Positions 48,915 to 57,436 of a stretch of DNA of 64,000 nucleotides are shown in pieces. Both the position numbers and the translations under genes were made by a program. The DNA is from Bacillota bacterium (GTDB lineage Bacteria > Bacillota_I > Bacilli_A > RF39 > UBA660): NCBI GenBank assembly GCA_015059365.1, contig SVAO01000004.1:18091-82090 (forward strand), given 5' to 3'. How positions within the stretch are numbered: position 1 is the stretch's first letter; every line of letters starts with the position of its first letter. The notes beneath the pieces are model-generated. The model saw only the letters and a list, made by a program, of their open reading frames with translations, was not told where the DNA came from and did no database searches.

Positions 48915-49124
48915 ATGAGAAAAGGAATACATCCAAATTATGTAGAAACAGAAGTAACTTGTGCTTGTGGGAATACATTTAAAGTAAAATCAACAAAGCC
49001 TCAATTACATTTAGAAGTTTGTGACAAATGTCATCCATTTTTCACAGGAATTCAAGGTAAAACTACAAAAACTGGTAGAGTTGAAAAATTTAATCGTAAA
49101 TACGGTTTAAATCAAGAAAAATAA
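48915..49124 (+). CDS. rpmE: 50S ribosomal protein L31 (Zn-ribbon type A)
   Basis: 69 aa with MRKGIHPNY and CxC...CxxC. Confidence 0.96.
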   Translation: MRKGIHPNYVETEVTCACGNTFKVKSTKPQLHLEVCDKCHPFFTGIQGKTTKTGRVEKFNRKYGLNQEK

Positions 49125-49146
49125 GCAACTATTGCTTATTTTTTTG
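49121..49146 (+). terminator. intrinsic terminator after rpmE
   Basis: ATAAGCAA-cta-TTGCTTAT followed by T7. Confidence 0.7.
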
Positions 49147-49587
49147 ATTCTTAAATAAAAAAAAGAGCGTTTGGGTAAATGTTGAAAATAAATGATTTTT
49201 GTATTGTATAGACTTCGGTCGTTTTCCCCAATAGAATTTAATTATTTTTTCCATCTATCACACTATTATGAAGTCTTTTCATTCTGCTTATATAATGTTC
49301 AATATACATTCTTTTATTATTTATATTTAAATTCATCAGTATAAGAATTTCCTTTATTAGTAAGATTTTCAATCCATTTATTTTTACTTGAATATCTGTA
49401 AATAATATTTTTTACATTATTATCATTAATTTTTTTATATTATATAACATGATATAATAAAAAATTATAAAGTAGGCTTTATTTTTATAGTCTACTTTAT
49501 AGAATCAATTTTACTCATATACTTCTCTTTTGCTTTTTTTTTAATTTTGTGATATATTAACTATGCAATGAGAAAGGTGGTAATAAT

Positions 49588-51051
49588 GTGAAAAAAGCAT
49601 TTATAATAGTTTTGCTTTTTGTATTAGTAAGTGTTACCGCATTTTTAGGATTTTCTAGTGATAAAAATAATCAACCTCAAACATATTATCAAGTTTATTT
49701 AGATGGTGAGTTATTAGGAAATATTACCTCTAAAAAATCATTAGAAAAGTATATAACAAATACTCAAAGATATATTAAAGAAAAATATAACATAGATGAT
49801 GTGTATGCACCAAATGGTTTGGAGATTAAAAAAATAGTTAGTTTTCAAGAAAATATAATGGGTGTAGATGATATTTATCAATTAATACAAGAAAGAAAAC
49901 CCTTCACTATAAAAGGATACCAAATAACTATATTTTCTGATGATATTAGTCAAAAAATATATGTTTTAGACGAGAAAGTATATCGTACTGCATTGGAAAA
50001 TTCTATAAAGACGTTTGTAGGAACTGAAGGGTATACAAGTTATATAAATAAAACACAAAAGCAAATTACAGATGTTGGAACATATATTAATAATATTTAT
50101 ATTGAGAATCAAATGACAATCAAAGAAACATATATTTCAACAGATGAACAAATTTACACAAGTAGTGATGAATTAACTAAGTATTTATTATTTGGAACAA
50201 CGGACCAACAGAAAATATACAATGTTAAGTTGGGTGATACAATCGAACAGGTTGCTTTCGATAATGAAATTAGTGTAGAAGAACTGTTAATATCTAATCC
50301 TAAATTTAAAACTTCTAATGCACTATTATATCCGGGGTTAGAAATAACAATTGGAATTTTAAGTCCACAGATAAAAATAACAGTTGAACAAGAGGTTGTA
50401 GAGGATTTTGTTGATAAATATAAAACGATAGAACAAGTTGATGAAAATCTTAATGTAGGAGTAACCAAAGTCACACGAGAAGGTGAAGATGGTTTATTAA
50501 GAATTAAACAAAATGTTAAAATAACGAATGGAACAACAGTATATATAAAGCAAGTTTCTAAACAAGAAATGAAGCCGTCCATTTCTAAGATTGTTGTTAA
50601 AGGTGGAAAAAAAGTTAACGGTGTTGGAGATTCTAATTGGGTTTGGCCAACTGATAGTGGATGGAAGATTACTTCTAATTATGGATATAGAATTAATCCG
50701 ATCACTGGAGCACGTGAACTCCATGGTGCTATTGATATTGCAGGAACTGGATATGGTTCAAATATTTATTCTGCCAATAATGGAGTCATTTATAAAGTGG
50801 CTAATGATGCGATTAATGGAAAACACGTTGTAATTAATTATAATAATGGTTACTATATCCAATATAATCATTTGAGCAAATATGCGGATAATATTGCTGT
50901 TGGTGCATACGTTGAAAAAGGTCAGGTAATAGGATATATGGGAATGACTGGGCAGGCTACAGGTCCTCATTTACATTTTGCGGTTTGGTATGGTGGACCT
51001 CCATTTTCTTGGTCAGCATATAGGGTTAATCCTTGGACATTATATAAATAA
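49588..51051 (+). CDS. secreted/anchored M23 metallopeptidase with LysM-like and G5-like domains
   Basis: 487 aa with a GTG start and an AAAGGTGG RBS. N-terminal TM segment, LysM-like KLGDTIEQVAF..., G5-like VTREGEDGL...VVKGG, and an M23 core with HGAID...HLHF. Confidence 0.88.
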   Translation: MKKAFIIVLLFVLVSVTAFLGFSSDKNNQPQTYYQVYLDGELLGNITSKKSLEKYITNTQRYIKEKYNIDDVYAPNGLEIKKIVSFQENIMGVDDIYQLIQERKPFTIKGYQITIFSDDISQKIYVLDEKVYRTALENSIKTFVGTEGYTSYINKTQKQITDVGTYINNIYIENQMTIKETYISTDEQIYTSSDELTKYLLFGTTDQQKIYNVKLGDTIEQVAFDNEISVEELLISNPKFKTSNALLYPGLEITIGILSPQIKITVEQEVVEDFVDKYKTIEQVDENLNVGVTKVTREGEDGLLRIKQNVKITNGTTVYIKQVSKQEMKPSISKIVVKGGKKVNGVGDSNWVWPTDSGWKITSNYGYRINPITGARELHGAIDIAGTGYGSNIYSANNGVIYKVANDAINGKHVVINYNNGYYIQYNHLSKYADNIAVGAYVEKGQVIGYMGMTGQATGPHLHFAVWYGGPPFSWSAYRVNPWTLYK

Positions 51052-51116
51052 ACATCTCAAATGAGATGTTTTCCTTTTCTTTAAATTATAGTATAATAAA
51101 TATGGAGAGTGGTATT

Positions 51117-51560
51117 ATGAAAATAGTAATCGCGAATGATCATAGAGGAACAAAATTAAAAAATAGAATTATTAATATGCTAGAAAAAAAAGGTTATGTT
51201 GTGGAAAACTTAGGCACCAATGAAGAAGAATCTGTACATTATCCTGAATATGCTTTTAAATTAGGGGAAAAATTATCTAATAAACAAGCCGATTTTGGTA
51301 TATTAATATGTGGAACTGGTATAGGTATGAGTATTGCTGCTAACAAAGTAAATGGAGTAAGATGTGCTCTTGCACATAATGTGACTACTGCTCAATTAGC
51401 ACGACAACATAATGATGCCAATGTTTTAGCTATTTCTGCTTCACTAAATTTCTTCACAGCTAAAAGAGTTATAAATACTTTTTTAAAAACTAATTTTTCG
51501 GATGAAAAAAGACATATTGATAGAATTAATATGATAAAGGAATATGAAAATCATGCTTAA
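51117..51560 (+). CDS. rpiB: ribose-5-phosphate isomerase B
   Basis: Start refined to ATG 51117. Motifs MKIVIANDH and ICGTGIGMSIAANK. Confidence 0.93.
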   Translation: MKIVIANDHRGTKLKNRIINMLEKKGYVVENLGTNEEESVHYPEYAFKLGEKLSNKQADFGILICGTGIGMSIAANKVNGVRCALAHNVTTAQLARQHNDANVLAISASLNFFTAKRVINTFLKTNFSDEKRHIDRINMIKEYENHA

Positions 51561-51747
51561 AACAGTCTTATATATAGTAACAGTCGTTTTGTCCATCTGG
51601 GCATTAGATAGCATTAATATTACTAATTTATTTAAAAAAAACAGATATTATCAATCGCGACTATTATATTTATTTGTGGCATTTTCATTATCTTATTTGG
51701 TTGTAAATTTCTTTTATGATTTCTTTTTATATTCAAAATTTATATAG
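51544..51747 (+). CDS. DUF1146 small membrane protein (YwzB-like)
   Basis: 67 aa with 2 TM segments. It sits next to spoIID, in the region where ywzB sits in B. subtilis. Confidence 0.6.
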   Translation: MKIMLKTVLYIVTVVLSIWALDSINITNLFKKNRYYQSRLLYLFVAFSLSYLVVNFFYDFFLYSKFI

Positions 51748-51771
51748 ACAAATATTTTGTCTATTTTTTTT
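51745..51771 (+). terminator. intrinsic terminator after the ywzB-like gene
   Basis: TAGACAAA-tat-TTTGTCTA followed by T8. Confidence 0.7.
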
Positions 51772-51835
51772 GACAAAATATTTAAAATTTATAATATATA
51801 ATAATGAAAAGTAAATAATATAAAAGAGGGATTTT

Positions 51836-52750
51836 ATGAAAAAATTAATTTTTTTAATATTAATTATTATATTTTTGCCATATTTAATAGTTACTTTTTT
51901 TATAAAAGATAACAACATAAAATTTTATTATTCTACTAATATGACAATCAGGGTTAAAAGGAGTAAAACCGGCTTTATTGAACAAGTACCGTTTGAAGAT
52001 TATGTGGTGGGTGTTTTAGCGGGAGAAATGCCAGTAAGTTTTGAGTTAGAGGCTCTAAAGGCTCAGGCTGTTGCCGCCAGAACTTATGTGATGAAAAAGT
52101 TACAATCAAGTTATAATAAGGAATATGATGTAGTTGATACTGTAGACAATCAAGTATATATTAGTGATTCAGAACTCAGGAGTAAATGGAAAGATGAATA
52201 TCAAAAAAAAATTAATAAAATAAAACAAGCGGTAGTTGAAACTAAGGGTGAATATTTAACCCATAATGGGGAGGTTATTGAAGCATTATTTTTTTCAACT
52301 AGCGTTGGAAAAACAGAGAATAGTGAGGAAATATTTTCAACAAAATTACCATATTTAAGGAGCGTGGATTCATCTTGGGATGAAGAAGTTTCACCGGTAT
52401 TTAATGATTCGTTTGAATTTAGTTTACAGGAATTTTATGACAGATTAAACCTTCAATATAGTGAAAATTTAGATTTTAAAATAATAAAGACCACCAGTAC
52501 AGGAAGAATAAAAGAAGTAACTATAAATAATAGTTATTTTACTGGTAGTCAAATATATAGTTTGCTTAATTTGCGCTCTACTTTTTTTAATATGTCTCAG
52601 GTTGGTAATAATATAGTTATTACTACTAAAGGATATGGTCATGGAGTCGGATTAAGCCAATATGGAGCCTTAGCAATGGCTAAAAAAGGTTATAATTATC
52701 AACAAATATTAAGTTATTATTATTTAGGAACTAATATAGAAAAAATTTAA
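51836..52750 (+). CDS. spoIID: stage II sporulation protein D (lytic transglycosylase)
   Basis: 304 aa with AQAVAARTY and GHGVGLSQYGA. Confidence 0.93.
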   Translation: MKKLIFLILIIIFLPYLIVTFFIKDNNIKFYYSTNMTIRVKRSKTGFIEQVPFEDYVVGVLAGEMPVSFELEALKAQAVAARTYVMKKLQSSYNKEYDVVDTVDNQVYISDSELRSKWKDEYQKKINKIKQAVVETKGEYLTHNGEVIEALFFSTSVGKTENSEEIFSTKLPYLRSVDSSWDEEVSPVFNDSFEFSLQEFYDRLNLQYSENLDFKIIKTTSTGRIKEVTINNSYFTGSQIYSLLNLRSTFFNMSQVGNNIVITTKGYGHGVGLSQYGALAMAKKGYNYQQILSYYYLGTNIEKI

Positions 52751-52758
52751 AAATAAAA

Positions 52759-52786
52759 GTATAAAAGAAATTATTTTGCTCACACT
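52759..52786 (+). promoter_or_regulatory. candidate sigma-F-type promoter of the spoIIQ-like gene
   Basis: GTATA (52759-52763), 14 nt spacer, GCTCACACT (52778-52786). Confidence 0.35.
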
Positions 52787-52804
52787 TAAAATAGAGGTGA
52801 GAAA

Positions 52805-53434
52805 ATGAGGAATAGAAGGTTAAAAAAACCAGTAGTTTATTGTTTGTATGCATTAGGATTTGTAATGCTACTAGGTACACTTTACTTAATAGAAAGTTTT
52901 ATGCCTACCAATAGTTTTAATGGAGTAGATGATGATTACGTTAATGAAACTATTTTTGATTCAGAAATACCAGTAATCAATACTGTTGATATCATTATCC
53001 GTCCGTATGTAGCAAAAGATGTGAAAATTGTAAAAAACTATTATGATTATAAAGATGAGGCAGGAAAACAAGAACAATCATTGCTATTTTTTGAAAACAC
53101 ATATCTTCAAAATAGTGGGGTAAGTTATGGTAAAGAAGAAATATTTGAAGTAATTTCTATCTTAGATGGAACAGTTACTAAAGTAACAGATGATAAGACT
53201 TTAGGAAAAATTGTAGAAGTGACTCATAGTAATGATATGATTAGTATTTATCAAAGTCTAAGCGAAGTAAATGTTGTGGAAAATCAAGAAATAAAACAGG
53301 GAATGATTATTGGAAAAAGTGGAACTTGTAATTTAGAAAAAGATTTAAATAATCATTTACATTTTGAATTAATAGTAAAAGGTTTAGTTGTAAATCCTGA
53401 AAATTATTATGATAAAAAAGTTTCTGAAATTTAG
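52805..53434 (+). CDS. spoIIQ: SpoIIQ-like membrane protein with a degenerate LytM/M23 domain
   Basis: 209 aa with an N-terminal TM segment. HLHFE is retained but the HxxxD motif is absent (NSGVSYG). Located between spoIID and spoIIID. Confidence 0.7.
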   Translation: MRNRRLKKPVVYCLYALGFVMLLGTLYLIESFMPTNSFNGVDDDYVNETIFDSEIPVINTVDIIIRPYVAKDVKIVKNYYDYKDEAGKQEQSLLFFENTYLQNSGVSYGKEEIFEVISILDGTVTKVTDDKTLGKIVEVTHSNDMISIYQSLSEVNVVENQEIKQGMIIGKSGTCNLEKDLNNHLHFELIVKGLVVNPENYYDKKVSEI

Positions 53435-53497
53435 TATGAAGCTTTTTTTCGAATAAAAGAACTCCTAATATATATAATTTATTAAGGGGTGTATTTT

Positions 53498-53761
53498 ATG
53501 GATAGTGTTATTTCTATAAGGGTAATTAGTGAAGCAGATTATATAATTGAAACAGGAAAAACAGTACGAGAACTTGCTCAAATTTTTAAGGTGTCAAAAA
53601 GTACAGTACATAAAGATTTACATGAGAGATTATTAAAAATAGATAAAAATAAATATAATAAAGTAGATGAAATTTTAAAATATCATACAAATGTCCGACA
53701 TTTAAGAGGCGGTGAATCTACTAAAAAAAAGTACCAAAAAATGTTTAATCCACTATCATAA
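53498..53761 (+). CDS. spoIIID: stage III sporulation protein D (HTH regulator)
   Basis: Start refined to ATG 53498 (GGGGTG RBS). Contains VRELAQIFKVSKSTVHKDLHERL. Confidence 0.92.
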   Translation: MDSVISIRVISEADYIIETGKTVRELAQIFKVSKSTVHKDLHERLLKIDKNKYNKVDEILKYHTNVRHLRGGESTKKKYQKMFNPLS

Positions 53762-53809
53762 AAAAAACGGTTATGCTATAATAAAATAAATAGAAAAGAG
53801 GATGATAAA

Positions 53810-54799
53810 ATGTTTGCTAAAGATATAGGAATAGACTTAGGAACTGCCAATGTATTAATCTATGTTAAGGGTCAAGGAATAGTTCTAAATGAGCCAAGTG
53901 TTGTTGCAATAGATGCAGAAACCAAAAAGCCTTTGGCTGTAGGTTCTGAAGCAAGAGATATGCTGGGCAGAACGCCTGGTTCTGTAATAGCAATTAGGCC
54001 TATGAAAGATGGAGTAATCGCAGATTTTGATGTGACCGAAATAATGTTAAATCATTTTATTCGCAAAGTAAATGGTAAAAGTTTCTTTTCTAGACCAAGA
54101 ATATTAATTTGTTGTCCTTCAAATATTACTGGTGTTGAAAAAAACGCTATAAAAGAAGCTGCAGAGAGAACGGGTGCTAAAAAGGTTTTTTTAGAGGAAG
54201 AACCAAAAGTAGCTGCTGTTGGAGCGGGAATGGATATTGCAAAACCAAGTGGAAATATGGTAATTGATATTGGTGGGGGTACTACAGATATAGCAATTTT
54301 ATCTTTAGGGGGAATAGTAACAAGTTCTTCGATAAAAGTTGCTGGAAATACTTTTGATGCTGACATAGTAAAATATATAAAAGACAAATATAAGTTATTA
54401 ATAGGTGATCGTACTGCTGAAGATATAAAAATGACTGTTGGAAATGTTTATCCTGATTCCAAACCAGAAAAAATGCAGGTAAGAGGAAGGGATTTAGTGA
54501 CAGGGCTTCCACATACTATTACTGTAACTTCTGAGGAAGTAGAGGAGGCTTTAAGAGAAAGTATTTATACAATTATCCATACAGCCAAAGGTGTTTTAGA
54601 AAAAACACCACCTGAATTATCTGCAGACATTATCGATAAAGGAATTGTAATAACTGGTGGTGGAGCATTGATTAAAGGTTTTGATCAATTATTAGCACAT
54701 GAATTAAAGGTCCCTGTTTTTGTTGCAGAAAGTCCTCTAACTTGTGTAGTGGAAGGAACAGGAATTCTTTTAGATAATTTGCATTTGATAGATAATTAA
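53810..54799 (+). CDS. mreB: rod shape-determining protein MreB/Mbl
   Basis: 329 aa actin-like protein with GIDLGTAN and DIGGGTTD. Confidence 0.96.
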   Translation: MFAKDIGIDLGTANVLIYVKGQGIVLNEPSVVAIDAETKKPLAVGSEARDMLGRTPGSVIAIRPMKDGVIADFDVTEIMLNHFIRKVNGKSFFSRPRILICCPSNITGVEKNAIKEAAERTGAKKVFLEEEPKVAAVGAGMDIAKPSGNMVIDIGGGTTDIAILSLGGIVTSSSIKVAGNTFDADIVKYIKDKYKLLIGDRTAEDIKMTVGNVYPDSKPEKMQVRGRDLVTGLPHTITVTSEEVEEALRESIYTIIHTAKGVLEKTPPELSADIIDKGIVITGGGALIKGFDQLLAHELKVPVFVAESPLTCVVEGTGILLDNLHLIDN

Positions 54800-54855
54800 C
54801 AGATTTTGTGTCTGTTTTTTATTTGTTGTGATATAATAATAAAAGGTGACGATGT

Positions 54856-55920
54856 ATGAATCAAGAAATATTAATGAAAATTTTTTTAATAGTAATGACA
54901 ACATTTATATTTGTAGCGCTTATAACACCATTTATAAAAAAGATTGCCATTCATGTTGAAGCAGTTGATATACCAGACAAAAGAAAAGTGCATACTAAGC
55001 CCATGCCTAGATTAGGAGGCTTAGGAATTTATTTTGGTTTTCTTTTAGGATATATGTTGTATGGGCAACATAGTGAAACTATGAATTCAATATTAATTGG
55101 TAGTTTTATAATTGTATTAACTGGAGTAGTTGATGATATTAAACCATTAAAAGCCTCTACCAAATTTATAGGTCAATTAATTGCAGCTTTGATAGTAGTA
55201 TTTTATGGAAATATCGTTTTAAAAGATGTTAGTGCTTTTGGAATATATATTAATTTTGATATATTGGCTTATCCTATAACATTATTGTTTATTTTAGGAT
55301 GTATTAACTGCATGAATTTAATTGATGGCTTAGATGGGCTAGCATCGGGTATTAGTTCAATTTATTTTTTAACAATAGGTATTATCGCAACAATCAATGG
55401 ATCACTTGGTTTAGATTTTATTTTGACATTTGTTATGTTAGGTTCTAGTTTAGGGTTTTTAGTTCATAACTTTTATCCAGCAACCATATTTATGGGTGAT
55501 AGTGGTTCAATGTTTTTAGGATTTATTATTGCGGTTATTGCTTTACTAGGATTTAAAAATGTAACGATGACTTCACTAGTTATTCCACTGCTTATTTTAT
55601 CTATTCCTATTTTAGACACTTTATTTGCTATTATTAGAAGAATATTGAAGGGAGAAAGTATTTCTACTCCTGACAAATATCATATTCATCATCAATTTTT
55701 AAATAGAAATTTTTCGCAAAGAACTACAGTATTAATAATTTATTTTATTAATTTATTGTTCTCTTTTGCTTCAATAGTTTATGTATTAAAAAATAGGGCA
55801 TTAGGTTATATTATTTATGGAATATTATTATTTATTGTTATAATGTTTGTGTTAAAAACTAATGTTATATTTGACCATGAACAAAAAAACAAAAAATTAA
55901 GGAAAGAAATTAAAAAATAA
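54856..55920 (+). CDS. tagO: undecaprenyl-phosphate N-acetylhexosamine-1-phosphate transferase (TagO/WecA, MraY family)
   Basis: 354 aa polytopic protein with NLIDGLDGL and GDSGS motifs. A TGTGATATAAT element lies at 54827-54837. Confidence 0.88.
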   Translation: MNQEILMKIFLIVMTTFIFVALITPFIKKIAIHVEAVDIPDKRKVHTKPMPRLGGLGIYFGFLLGYMLYGQHSETMNSILIGSFIIVLTGVVDDIKPLKASTKFIGQLIAALIVVFYGNIVLKDVSAFGIYINFDILAYPITLLFILGCINCMNLIDGLDGLASGISSIYFLTIGIIATINGSLGLDFILTFVMLGSSLGFLVHNFYPATIFMGDSGSMFLGFIIAVIALLGFKNVTMTSLVIPLLILSIPILDTLFAIIRRILKGESISTPDKYHIHHQFLNRNFSQRTTVLIIYFINLLFSFASIVYVLKNRALGYIIYGILLFIVIMFVLKTNVIFDHEQKNKKLRKEIKK

Positions 55921-55974
55921 TTTCTTTTTTTGTATAAAATTATTTTTATGGTGTCATAATAAAATGGTGATATT

Positions 55975-56697
55975 ATGGAATTTAATATAATGGAAGTATG
56001 TGATGTAATTTTTAGGGCATTATTATCCCTTATAGCCCTTTTCTTTGTTACCAAACTTTTGGGTAAAAAACAGGTATCACAACTTTCTTTGTTTGATTAT
56101 GTGATTGGAATCTCTATAGGTAATTTTGCGGCTGAAATGACGACTGATTTAGAACTTTCATATGTTAATGGAATAGTGGCGGTATTAGTTTTCGGATTGG
56201 TTGCATTCTTAGTATCTTATTTCACTATGAAAAGTATCACGCTCCGTCGTTTTTTTATAGGCACTCCAACAATTTTAATTCAAAATGGTAAAATATTAAT
56301 TGATAATTTAAAAAAATCTAAGCTTGATATTAATGATTTGTTAGAACAGTGTCGCGTTAGTGGCTATTTTGATATTTCTCAGATAGAATATGCCTTGATG
56401 GAGGCAAACGGAAGGTTAAGTATATTACCAAAAGGAGAATATTTACCTGTTACTATAAATGACATGAAATTAAAAGTTCAAAAACAAGGATTATGTGCGA
56501 ATGTTATTATTGATAGTAAAATTATGACAAAAAATTTAAAAATTATCGGTAAGGATGAAATATGGTTAGAAAAAGAATTAAGGATAAAGGGATATAAAGA
56601 GTTGGATAACATTCTTTTAGCGACATTGGATATTAACGAAAAATTAGTAATATATGAACGAAGTGAACAAATCAGTGCATTTAATGTTTTAGAATAA
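55975..56697 (+). CDS. DUF421 membrane protein (YetF/YrbG family)
   Basis: 240 aa with an N-terminal TM bundle, GKKQVSQLSLFDYV and a C-terminal soluble domain. Confidence 0.75.
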   Translation: MEFNIMEVCDVIFRALLSLIALFFVTKLLGKKQVSQLSLFDYVIGISIGNFAAEMTTDLELSYVNGIVAVLVFGLVAFLVSYFTMKSITLRRFFIGTPTILIQNGKILIDNLKKSKLDINDLLEQCRVSGYFDISQIEYALMEANGRLSILPKGEYLPVTINDMKLKVQKQGLCANVIIDSKIMTKNLKIIGKDEIWLEKELRIKGYKELDNILLATLDINEKLVIYERSEQISAFNVLE

Positions 56698-56727
56698 AAA
56701 AATATGGTTAGCTACCATATTTTTTTA
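56696..56727. terminator. bidirectional terminator between convergent DUF421 and nuclease genes
   Basis: A-run, ATATGGT, 5-nt loop, ACCATAT, T-run. Confidence 0.6.
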
Positions 56728-57319
56728 GACCTTTTTTTATTTTCTTAATTTTAGATTTATTTAAATTTCCAGTAAAGGTTAAAATTATTGCAGAACCAAT
56801 AATTAATCCAATCATAAAATAATTTCTTGTATTATTATTTTCTTTTGCTTGCTCTTGCCAAATTCCCACTTTGTTAACTTTGGCAATTGATTGATGGTCC
56901 TCTAAAATACTTGTATATTTATAATCTCCGTAAAGATAAGCGACTTCAGCTAGGCCTTCTTTAATTATTTCATCTTGTAATAAATAATCATCTACCCATA
57001 CCCATACTAAGTGTCTGTTATATTTGTCTAATTTATCACTGTTTGACTCATATTCTATTTCTACTTTTTTAGCATTCATAAGTCTATTACAAGTATATTC
57101 ACTTGCCTCTTTACCAAATGATTCTTCACCCTTTGTGGGATGTTTTGTTTCTGGTGTATCAATTGCCAAAAACCTAATTTTTATTTCTGAATCATTTAAT
57201 ATTACGTTGGCAGTATCGCCATCTATACAACTGTTAAATGTTACTTCTATTCTTTCTTCAGCATAGCAAATATTTATACTAATAAAAAAAGTTAAAATTA
57301 ATAATAATATCTTTTTCAT
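56708..57319 (-). CDS. nuc: secreted thermonuclease (SNase family) with a C-terminal membrane anchor
   Basis: 203 aa with a signal peptide, DGDT...RFLAIDTPE SNase motifs and a C-terminal hydrophobic segment with a basic tail. Confidence 0.85.
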   Translation of the reverse strand: MKKILLLILTFFISINICYAEERIEVTFNSCIDGDTANVILNDSEIKIRFLAIDTPETKHPTKGEESFGKEASEYTCNRLMNAKKVEIEYESNSDKLDKYNRHLVWVWVDDYLLQDEIIKEGLAEVAYLYGDYKYTSILEDHQSIAKVNKVGIWQEQAKENNNTRNYFMIGLIIGSAIILTFTGNLNKSKIKKIKKGLKKYGS

Positions 57320-57381
57320 AAACTACCTCTAAAATAATTTTACGATAAAATGTAAAAAAATTCTACTTATTAAATAAAATC

Positions 57382-57411
57382 TTTACATAATTAAGTAAAA
57401 TGTGATATAAT
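57382..57411 (+). promoter_or_regulatory. sigma-A promoter of typA with extended -10
   Basis: TTTACA, 18 nt spacer, TATAAT, with TGTGA immediately upstream of the -10. Confidence 0.5.
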
Positions 57412-57436
57412 ACGGCAGTTGAAAAGGGATGAAAAT

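Noticed and set aside
50706-50721. CACGTG-containing sequence (GGAGCACGTGAACTCC) inside the M23 gene as a possible third parS
   Set aside because: Only the central CACGTG and a few flanking bases match. The TGTTT/AAACA arms are absent.
20249-57411. Recurring 11-16 nt identity (A)ATGTGATATAAT(ATT) at 20249-20259 (minus strand), 37524-37534, 54827-54837 and 57401-57411, with a variant at 49548-49558. I considered a dispersed repeat element.
   Set aside because: The shared core equals the TRTGnTATAAT extended -10 promoter consensus of Bacillota, and each copy lies upstream of a gene start in the correct orientation. They are ordinary strong promoters and not a mobile repeat.
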